NCBI RefSeq assembly: GCF_964355755.1
Contig: NW_027306095.1
Location: 1-64,000 of the forward strand
DNA: 64,000 nucleotides
Direction: 5' to 3'
From: Antedon mediterranea
Lineage: Eukaryota; Animalia; Echinodermata
Positions 50,380 through 61,405 of the stretch are shown here, piece after piece; position 1 is the first letter of the stretch, and each line of letters starts with the position of its first letter. The notes below the pieces were generated by a model. That model did not search any database. It had not been told where the DNA came from and saw only the letters and a program-made list of their open reading frames with translations. Position numbers and translations under genes: made by a program.

Positions 50380-53300
50380 CGAAATGCACAAAATGGTCTA
50401 AAACGTCTCCAAATGCGATTTGAAGCTATTTTGTGCACTTTGATGTTTTTTTGTGAAAAGTTTCATCGAAATGCTCAAAATGGTCTAAAACGTCTCCAAA
50501 TGCGATTTGAAGCAATTTTGTGCACTTTGATGTTTTTGTGTGAAAAGTTTCATCGAAATGCACAAAATAGTCTAAAACGTCTGCAAATGCGATTTGAAGC
50601 TATTTTGTGCACTTTGTCGTTTTTGTGTGAAAAGTTTTTTCGAAATGCACAAAATGGTCTAAAACGTCTCCAATTGCGATTTGAAGTTATTTTGTGCACT
50701 TTGGTGTTTTGTGTGAAAAGTTTTATCGAAATGCTCAAAATGGTCTAAAACGGTTTCAAATGTGATTTTAAGCACTTTGATATTTTTGTGTAATCAAGTT
50801 TCATCGAAATGCACAAAATGGTCTAAAACGTCTGCAAATGCGATTTAAAGCTATTTTGTGCACTTTAATGTTTTGTGTGAAAAGTTTTATCGAAATTCTC
50901 AAAATGGTCTAAAACGGTTTCAAATGTGATTTTAAGCACTTTGAGGTTTTTGTGTAATCAAGTTTCATCGAAATGCACAAAATGGTTTAAAACGTCTGCA
51001 AATGCGATTTGAAGCTATTTTGTGCACTTTGATGTTTTTGTGTGAAAAGTTTCATCGAAATGCACAAAATTGTCTAAAACGTCTCCAAATACGATATTAA
51101 GCTATTGTATGCACTTTGATGTTTTTGAGTGAAAAGTTTTTTCGAAATGCACAAAATGGTCTAAAACGTCTCCCAATGCGATTTGGAGCTCTTTTGTGCA
51201 CTTTGATGTTTTGTGTAAAAAGTTTGCTATTTTGTGCACTTTAATGTTTTGTGTGAAAAGTTTTATCGAAATGCTCAAAATTGTCTAAAACGGTTTCAAA
51301 TGTGATTTTAAGCACTTTGATATTTTTGTGTAATCAAGTTTTTTCGAAATGCACAACATGGTCTAAAACGTCTCCAAATGCGATTTGAAGCTATTTTGTG
51401 CACTTTGATGTTTTTGTGTGAAAAGTTTCACCGAAATGCACAAAATGGTCTAAAACGTCTCTAAATGCGATTTGAAGCTATTTTGTGCACTTTGATGTTT
51501 TTGTGTGAAAAGTTTCATCGAAATGCACAAAATGGTCTAAAACGTCTCTAAATGCGATTTGAAGCTATTTTGTGCACTTTGTCGTTTTTGTGTGAAAAGT
51601 TTCATCGAAATGCTCAAAATGGTCTAAAACGTCTCCAAATGCGATTTGAAGCTATTTTGTGCACTTTGATGTTTTTTTTCTGAAAAGTTTCATCGAAATG
51701 CACAAAATGGTCTAAAACGTCTCTAAATGCGATTTGAAGCTATTTTGTGCACTTTGATGTTTTTGTGTGAAAAGTTTCATCGAAATACACAAAATGGTCT
51801 AAAACGTCTCTAAATGCGATTTGAAGCTATTTTGTGCACTTTGATGTTTTTGTGTGAAAAGTTTCATCGAAATGCACAAAATGGTCTAAAACGTCTCTAA
51901 ATGCGATTTCAAGCTATTTTGTGCACTTTGATGTTTTTGTGTGAAAAGTTTCATCGAAATGCACAAAATTGTCTAAAACGTCTCCAAATACGATATTAAG
52001 CTATTGTCTGCACTTTGTTGTTTTTGAGTGAAAAGTTTTTTCGAAATGCACAAAATGGTCTAAAACGTCTCCAAATGCGATTTGGAGCTCTTTTGTGCAC
52101 TTTGATGTTTTGTGTAAAAAGTTTGCTATTTTGTGCACTTTAATGTTTTGTGTGAAAAGTTTTATCGAAATGCTCAAAATTGTCTAAAACGGTTTCAAAT
52201 GTGATTTTAAGCACTTTGATATTTTTGTGTAATCAAGTTTTTTCGAAATGCACAACATGGTCTAAAACGTCTCCAAATGCGATTTGAAGCTATTTTGTGC
52301 ACTTTGATGTTTTTGTGTGAAAAGTTTCATCGAAATGCACAAAATGGTCTAAAACGTCTCTAAATGCGATTTGAAGCTATTTTGTGCACTTTGTCGTTTT
52401 TGTGTGAAAAGTTTCATCGAAATGCTCAAAATGGTCTAAAACGTCTCTAAATGCGATTTGAAGCTATTTTGTGCACTTTGATGTTTTTGTGTGAAAAGTT
52501 TCATCGAAATGCACAAAATGGTCTAAAACGTCTCTAAATGCGATTTGAAGCTATTTTGTGCACTTTGATGTTTTTTTGTGAAAAGTTTCATCGAAATGCA
52601 AAAAAAAGGTCTAAAACGTCTCTAAATGCGATTTGAAGCTATTTTGTGCACTTTGTCGTTTTTGTGTGAAAAGTTTCACCTAAATGCTCAAAATGGTCTA
52701 AAACGTCTCCAAATGCGATTTGAAGCTATTTTGTGCACTTTGTCGTTTTTGTGTGAAAAGTTTTTTCGAAATGCACAAAATGGTCTAAAACGTCTCCAAT
52801 TGCGATTTGAAGTTATTTTGTGCACTTTGATGTTTTGTGTGAAAAGTTTTATCGAAATGCTCAAAATGGTCTAAAACGGTTTCAAATGTGATTTTAAGCA
52901 CTTTGATATTTTTGTGTAATCAAGTTTCATCGAAATGCACAAAATGGTCTAAAACGTCTCCAAATGCGATTTGAAGCTATTTTGTGCACTTTGATGTTTT
53001 TTTGTGAAAAGTTTCATCGAAATGCTCAAAATGGTCTAAAACGTCTCCAAATGCGATTTGAAGCAATTTTGTGCACTTTGATGTTTTTGTGTGAAAAGTT
53101 TCATCGAAATGCACAAAATAGTCTAAAACGTCTGCAAATGCGATTTGAAGCTATTTTGTGCACTTTGTCGTTTTTGTGTGAAAAGTTTTTTCGAAATGCA
53201 CAAAATGGTCTAAAACGTCTCCAATTGCGATTTGAAGTTATTTTGTGCACTTTGGTGTTTTGTGTGAAAAGTTTTATCGAAATGCTCAAAATGGTCTAAA

Positions 53301-54960
53301 ACGGTTTCAAATGTGATTTTAAGCACTTTGATATTTTTGTGTAATCAAGTTTCATCGAAATGCACAAAATGGTCTAAAACGTCTGCAAATGCGATTTAAA
53401 GCTATTTTGTGCACTTTAATGTTTTGTGTGAAAAGTTTTATCGAAATTCTCAAAATGGTCTAAAACGGTTTCAAATGTGATTTTAAGCACTTTGAGGTTT
53501 TTGTGTAATCAAGTTTCATCGAAATGCACAAAATGGTTTAAAACGTCTGCAAATGCGATTTGAAGCTATTTTGTGCACTTTGATGTTTTTGTGTGAAAAG
53601 TTTCATCGAAATGCACAAAATTGTCTAAAACGTCTCCAAATACGATATTAAGCTATTGTATGCACTTTGATGTTTTTGAGTGAAAAGTTTTTTCGAAATG
53701 CACAAAATGGTCTAAAACGTCTCCCAATGCGATTTGGAGCTCTTTTGTGCACTTTGATGTTTTGTGTAAAAAGTTTGCTATTTTGTGCACTTTAATGTTT
53801 TGTGTGAAAAGTTTTATCGAAATGCTCAAAATTGTCTAAAACGGTTTCAAATGTGATTTTAAGCACTTTGATATTTTTGTGTAATCAAGTTTTTTCGAAA
53901 TGCACAACATGGTCTAAAACGTCTCCAAATGCGATTTGAAGCTATTTTGTGCACTTTGATGTTTTTGTGTGAAAAGTTTCACCGAAATGCACAAAATGGT
54001 CTAAAACGTCTCTAAATGCGATTTGAAGCTATTTTGTGCACTTTGATGTTTTTGTGTGAAAAGTTTCATCGAAATGCACAAAATGGTCTAAAACGTCTCT
54101 AAATGCGATTTGAAGCTATTTTGTGCACTTTGTCGTTTTTGTGTGAAAAGTTTCATCGAAATGCTCAAAATGGTCTAAAACGTCTCCAAATGCGATTTGA
54201 AGCTATTTTGTGCACTTTGATGTTTTTTTTTCTGAAAAGTTTCATCGAAATGCACAAAATGGTCTAAAACGTCTCTAAATGCGATTTGAAGCTATTTTGT
54301 GCACTTTGATGTTTTTGTGTGAAAAGTTTCATCGAAATACACAAAATGGTCTAAAACGTCTCTAAATGCGATTTGAAGCTATTTTGTGCACTTTGATGTT
54401 TTTGTGTGAAAAGTTTCATCGAAATGCTCAAAATGGTCTAAAACGTCTCTAAATGCGATTTGAAGCTATTTTGTGCACTTTGATGTTTTTGTGTGAAAAG
54501 TTTCATCGAAATGCACAAAATGGTCTAAAACGTCTCTAAATGCGATTTGAAGCTATTTTGTGCACTTTGATGTTTTTTTGTGAAAAGTTTCATCGAAATG
54601 CAAAAAAAAGGTCTAAAACGTCTCTAAATGCGATTTGAAGCTATTTTGTGCACTTTGTCGTTTTTGTGTGAAAAGTTTCACCTAAATGCTCAAAATGGTC
54701 TAAAACGTCTCCAAATGCGATTTGAAGCTATTTTGTGCACTTTGTCGTTTTTGTGTGAAAAGTTTTTTCGAAATGCACAAAATGGTCTAAAACGTCTCCA
54801 ATTGCGATTTGAAGTTATTTTGTGCACTTTGATGTTTTGTGTGAAAAGTTTTATCGAAATGCTCAAAATGGTCTAAAACGGTTTCAAATGTGATTTTAAG
54901 CACTTTGATATTTTTGTGTAATCAAGTTTCATCGAAATGCACAAAATGGTCTAAAACGTC
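50380..54960 (+). repeat. Interleaved direct duplications (offsets 2551 and 2002)
   Basis: aatagtct ~50566/53117, ttggtg 50701/53252, gcaaaaaaaagg ~52598/54600; ORFs 52626/54628. Confidence 0.88.
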
Positions 54961-57900
54961 TGCAAATGCGATTTGAAGCTATTTTGTGCACTTTGATGTT
55001 TTTGTGTGAAAAGTTTCATCGAAATGCACAAAATTATCTAAAACGTCTCCAAATACGATATTAAGCTATTGTATGCACTTTGATGTTTTTGAGTAAAAAG
55101 TTTTTTCGAAATGCACAAAATGTTCTAAAACGTCTCCAAATGCCATTTGGAGCTCTTTTGTGCACTTTAATTTTTTTTGTGTAAAAAGTTTGCTATTTTG
55201 TGCACTTTTAATGTTTTGTGTGAAAAGTTTTATCGAAATGCTCAAAGTTGTCTAAAACGGTTTCAAATGTGATTTTAAGAACTTTGATATTTTTGTGTAA
55301 TCAAGTTTTTTCGAAATGCACAACATGGTCTAAAACGTCTCCAAATGCGATTTGAAGCTATTTTGTGCACTTTGATGTTTTTGTGTGAAAAGTTTCATCG
55401 AAATACACAAAATGGTCTAAAACGTCTCTCAATGCGATTTGAAGCTATTTTGTGCCCTTTGATGTTTTTGTGTGAAAAGTTTCATCGAAATGCACAAAAT
55501 GGTCTAAAACGTCTCTAAATGCGATTTGAAGCTATTTTGTGCACTTTGATGTTTTTGTGTGAAAAGTTTCATCGAAATGCACAAAATTGTCTAAAACGTC
55601 TCCAAATACGATATTAAGCTATTGTATGCACTTTGTTGTTTTTGAGTGAAAAGTTTTTTCGAAATGCACAAAATGGTCTAAAACGTCTCCAAATGCGATT
55701 TGGAGCTCTTTTGTGCACTTTGATGTTTTGTGTAAAAAGTTTGCTATTTTGTGCACTTTAATGTTTTGTGTGAAAAGTTTTATCGAAATGCTCAAAATTG
55801 TCTAAAACGGTTTCAAATGTGATTTTAAGCACTTTGATATTTTTGTGTAATCAAGTTTTTTCGAAATGCACAACATGGTCTAAAACGTCTCCAAATGCGA
55901 TTTGAAGCTATTTTGTGCACTTTGATGTTTTTGTGTGAAAAGTTTCATCGAAATGCACAAAATGGTCTAAAACGTCTCTAAATGCGATTTGAAGCTATTT
56001 TGTGCACTTTGATGTTTTTGTGTGAAAAGTTTCATCGAAATGCACAAAATGGTCTAAAACGTCTCTAAATGCGATTTGAAGCTATTTTGTGCACTTTGTC
56101 GTTTTTGTGTGAAAAGTTTCATCGAAATGCTCAAAATGGTCTCAAACGTCTCTAAATGCAATTTGAAGCTATTTTGTGCACTTTGATGTTTTTGTGTGAA
56201 AAGTTTCATCGAAATGCACAAAATGGTCTAAAACGTCTCTAAATGCGATTTGAAGCTATTTTGTGCACTTTGATGTTTTTTTGTGAAAAGTTTCATCGAA
56301 ATGCACAAAATGGTCTAAAACGTCTCTAAATGCGATTTGAAGCTATTTTGTGCACTTTGTCGTTTTTGTGTGAAAAGTTTCATCTAAATGCTCAAAATGG
56401 TCTAAAACGTCTCCAAATGCGATTTGAAGCAATTTTGTGCACTTTGATGTTTTTGTGTGAAAAGTTTCATCGAAATGCACAAAATGGTCTAAAACGTCTG
56501 CAAATGCGATTTGAAGCTATTTTGTGCACTTTGATGTTTTGTGTAATCCAGTTTCATCGAAATGTACAAAATTGTCTAAAACGTCTCTAAATGCGATTTG
56601 AAGCTATTTTGTGCACTTTGTCGTTTTTGTGTGAAAAGTTTTTTCGAAATGCACAAAATGGTCTAAAACGTCTCCAATTGCGATTTGAAGTTATTTTGTG
56701 CACTTTGATGTTTTGTGTGAAAAGTTTTATCGAAATGCTCAAAATGGTCTAAAACGGTTTCAAATGTGAATTTAAGCACTTTGATATTTTTGTGTAATCA
56801 AGTTTCTTCGAAATGCACAAAATGGTCTAAAACGTCTGCAAATGCGATTTAAAGCTATTTTGTGCACTTCAATGTTTTGTGTGAAAAGTTTTATCGAAAT
56901 TCTCAAAATGGTCTAAAACCGTTTCAAATGTGATTTTAAGCACTTTGATGTTTTTGTGTAATCAAGTTTCATCGAAATGCACAAAATGGTTTAAAACGTC
57001 TGCAAATGCGATTTGAAGCTATTTTGTGCACTTTGATGTTTTTGTGTGAAAAGTTTCATCGAAATGCACAAAATTGTCTAAAACGTCTCCAAATACGATA
57101 TTAAGCTATTGTATGCACTTTGATGTTTTTGAGTGAAAAGTTTTTTCGAAATGCACAAAATGTTCTAAAACGTCTCCCAATGCCATTTGGAGCTCTTTTG
57201 TGCACTTTAATTTTTTTTGTGTAAAAAGTTTGCTATTTTGTGCACTTTTAATGTTTTGTGTGAAAAGTTTTATCGAAATGCTCAAAATTGTCTAAAACGG
57301 TTTCAAATGTGATTTTAAGCACTTTGATATTTTTGTGTAATCAAGTTTTTTCGAAATGCACAACATGGTCTAAAACGTCTCCAAATGCGATTTGAAGCTA
57401 TTTTGTGCACTTTGATGTTTTTGTGTGAAAAGTTTCATCGAAATGCACAAAATGGTCTAAAACGTCTCTAAATGCGATTTGAAGCTATTTTGTGCACTTT
57501 GATGTTTTTGTGTGAAAAGTTTCATCGAAATGCACAAAATGGTCTAAAACGTCTCTAAATGCGATTTGAAGCTATTTTGTGCACTTTGTCGTTTTTGTGT
57601 GAAAAGTTTCATCGAAATGCTCAAAATGGTCTAAAACGTCTGCAAATGCGATTTGAAGCTATTTTGTGCACTTTGATGTTTTTGTGTGAAAAGTTTCAAC
57701 GAAATGCTCAAAATGGTCTAAAACGTCTCCAAATGCGATTTGAAGCAATTTTGTGCACTTTGATGTTTTTGTGTGAAAAGTTTCATCGAAATTCACAAAA
57801 TGGTCTAAAACGTCTGCAAATGCGATTTGAAGCTATTTTGTGCACTTTGATGTTTTTTTGTGAAAAGTTTCATCGAAAGGCACAAAATTGTCTAAAACGT

Positions 57901-58281
57901 CTCTAAATGCGATTTGAAGCTATTTTGTGCACTTTGTCGTTTTTGTGTGAAAAGTTTCATCGAAACGCTCAAAATGGTCTAAAACGTCTCCAAATGCGAT
58001 TTGAAGCAATTTTGTGCACTTTGATGTTTTTGTGTGAAAAGTTTCATCGAAATGCACAAAATGGTCTAAAACGTCTGCAAATGCGATTTGAAGCTATTTT
58101 GTGCACTTTGTCGTTTTTGTGTGAAAAGTTTTTTCGAAATGCACAAAATGGTCTAAAACGACTCCAAATGCGATTTGAAGCAATTTTGTGCACTTTGATG
58201 TTTTGTGTAATCCAGTTTCATCGAAATGTACAAAATTGTCTAAAACGTCTCTAAATGCGATTTGAAGCTATTTTGTGCACT
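54713..58281. repeat. Inverted copy of 16560-20128 (core of a ~6 kb inverted duplication)
   Basis: Mirror coordinate sum 74841 for ORFs 18251-18511/56330-56590, 16935-17282/57559-57906, 16587-16934/57907-58254, and for many private SNPs. Confidence 0.92.
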
Positions 58282-60454
58282 TTGTCGTTTTTGTGTGAAA
58301 AGTTTCATCGAAATGCACAAAATGGTCTAAAACGTCTCCAATTGCAATTTGAAGTTATTTTGTGCACTTTGATGTTTTGTGTGAAAGTTTTATCGAAATG
58401 CTCAAAATGGTCTAAAACGGTTTCAAATGTGATTTTAAGCACTTTGATATTTTGGTGTAATCAAGTTTCATCGAAATGCACAAAATGGTCTAAAACGTCT
58501 GCAAATGCGATTTAAAGCTATTTTGTGCACTTTAATGTTTTGTGTGAAAAGTTTTATCGAAATTCTCAAAATAGTCTAAAACGGTTTCAAATGTGATTTT
58601 AAGCACTTTGATGTTTTTGTGTAATCAAGTTTTTTCGAAATGCACAACATGGTCTAAAACGTCTCCAAATGCGATTTGAAGCTATTTTGTGCACTTTCAT
58701 GTTTTTGTGTGAAAAGTTTCATCGAATTGCACAAAATGGTCTAAAACGTCTCTAAATGCGATTTGAAGCTATTTTGTGCACTTTGATGTTTTTGTGTGAA
58801 AAGTTTCATCGAAATGCACAAAATGGTCTAAAACGTCTCTAAATGCGATTTGAAGCTATTATGTGCACTTTGTCGTTTTTGTGTGAAAAGTTTCATCGAA
58901 ATGCACAAAATGGTCTAAAACGTCTCTAAATGCGATTTGAAGCTATTTTGTGCACTTTGTCGTTTTTGTGTGAAAAGTTTCATCGAAATGCTCAAAATGG
59001 TCTAAAACGTCTCCAAATGCGATTTGAAGCAATTTTGTGCACTTTGATGTTTTTGTGTGAAAAGTTTCATCGAAATGCACAAAATGGTCTAAAACGTCTC
59101 TAAATGCGATTTGAAGCTATTTTGTGCACTTTGTCGTTTTTTTGTGAAAAGTTTCATCGAAATGCACAAAATGGTCTAAAACGTCTCTAAATGCGATTTG
59201 ACGCTATTTTGTGCACTTTGTCGTTTTTGTGTGAAAAGTTTCATCGAAATGCTCAAAATGGTCTAAAACGTCTCCAAATGCGATTTGAAGCAATTTTGTG
59301 CACTTTGATGTTTTTGTGTGAAAAGTTTCATCGAAATGCACAAAATGGTCTAAAACGTCTGCAAATGCGATTTGAAGCTATTTTGTGCACTTTGATTTTT
59401 TTTTGTCAAAAGTTTCATCGAAAGGCACAAAATTGTCTAAAACGTCTCTAAATGCGATTTGAAGCTATTTTGTGCACTTTGTCGTTTTTGTGTGAAAAGT
59501 TTCATCGAAATTCTCAAAATGGTCTAAAACGTCTCCAAATGCGATTTGAAGCAATTTTGTGCACTTTGATGTTTTTGTGTGAAAAGTTTCATCGAAATGC
59601 ACAAAATGGTCTAAAACGTCTGCAAATGCGATTTGAAGCTATTTTGTGCACTTTGTCGTTTTTGTGTGAAAAGTTTTTTCGAAATGCACAAAATGGTCTA
59701 AAACGTCTCCAAATGCGATTTGAAGCAATTTTGTGCACGTTGATGTTTTGTGTAATCCAGTTTCATCGAAATGTACAAAATTGTCTAAAACGTCTCTGAA
59801 TGCGATTTGAAGCTATTTTGTGCACTTTGTCGTTTTTGTGTGAAAAGTTTTTTCGAAATGCACAAAATGGTCTAAAACGTCTCCAAATGCGATTTGAAGC
59901 AATTTTGTGCAATTTGATGTTTTGTGTAATCCAGTTTCATCGAAATGTACAAAATTGTCTAAAACGTCTCTAAATGCGATTTGAAGCTATTTTGTGCACT
60001 TTGTCGTTTTTGTGTGAAAAGTTTTTTCGAAATGCACAAAATGGTCTAAAACGTCTCCAATTGCGATTTGAAGTTATTTTGTGCACTTTGATGTTTTGTG
60101 TGAAAAGTTTTATCGAAATGCTCAAAATGGTCTAAAACGGTTTCAAATGTGATTTTAAGCACTTTGATATTTTTGTGTAATCAAGTTTCATCGAAATGCA
60201 CAAAATGGTCTAAAACGTCTGCAAATGCGATTTAAAGCTATTTTGTGCACTTTAATGTTTTGTGTGAAAAGTTTTATCGAAATTCTTAAAATGGTCTAAA
60301 ACGGTTTCAAATGTGATTTTAAGCACTTTGATGTTTTTGTGTAATCAAGTTTCATCGAAATGTACAAAATGGTTTAAAACGTCTGCAAATGCGATTTGAA
60401 GCTATTTTGTGCACTTTGATGTTTTTGTGTGAAAAGTTTCATCGAAATGCACAA

Positions 60455-60895
60455 AATTGTCTAAAACGTCTCCAAATACGATATTAAGCTATTGTATGCA
60501 CTTTGATGTTTTTGAGTGAAAAGTTTTTTCGAAATGCACAAAATGTTCTAAAACGTCTCCAAATGCGATTTGGAGCTCTTTTGTGCACTTTAATTTTTTT
60601 AGTGTAAAAAGTTTGCTATTTTGTGCACTTTTAATGTTTTGTGTGAAAAGTTTTATCGAAATGCTCAAAATTGTCTAAAACGTCTCCAAATACGATATTA
60701 AGCTATTGTATGCACTTTGATGTTTTTGAGTGAAAAGTTTTTTTGAAATGCACAAAATGTTCTAAAACGTCTCCAAATGCGATTTGGAGCTCTTTTGTGC
60801 ACTTTAATTTTTTTAGTGTAAAAAGTTTGCTATTTTGTGCACTTTTAATGTTTTGTGTGAAAAGTTTTATCGAAATGCTCAAAATTGTCTAAAAC
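60455..60895 (+). repeat. Tandem duplication, 214-bp (2-monomer) unit
   Basis: Private tttagtgtaaaaag variant with AGTG at 60601 and 60815; 87+127=214. Confidence 0.88.
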
Positions 60896-61373
60896 GGTTT
60901 CAAATGTGATTTTAAGCACTTTGATTTTTTTGTGTAATCAAGTTTTTTCGAAATGCACAACATGGTCTAAAACGTCTCCAAATGCGATTTGAAGCTATTT
61001 TGTGCACTTTGTCGTTTTTGTGTGAAAAGTTTCATCGAAATGCTCAAAATGGTCTAAAACGTCTCCAAATGCGATTTGAAGCTATTTTGTGCACTTTGAT
61101 GTTTTTTTCTGAAAAGTTTCATCGAAATGCACAAAATGGTCTAAAACGTCTCTAAATGCGATTTGAAGCTATTTTGTGCACTTTGATGTTTTTGTGTGAA
61201 AAGTTTCATCGAAATGCACAAAATGGTCTAAAACGTCTCTAAATGCGATTTGAAGCTATTTTGTGCACTTTGATGTTTTTTTGTGAAAAGTTTCATCGAA
61301 ATGCACAAAATGGTCTAAAACGTCTCTAAATGCGATTTGAAGCTATTTGTGCACTTTGTCGTTTTTGTGTGAA

Positions 61374-61405
61374 AAGTTTCATCGAAATGCATTTCGATGA
61401 AACTT
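61374..61405. other. 32-bp perfect palindrome at inversion junction (copy 3)
   Basis: Same palindrome and the same immediate flanks (gtcgtttttgtgtgaa... / ...gattacacaaaaatatc). Confidence 0.97.

Larger units (their letters stand above)
39652..61389 (+). repeat. Satellite block 7, forward orientation (~21.7 kb)
   Basis: Forward monomers throughout, up to the palindrome centre at 61389/61390. Confidence 0.97.
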
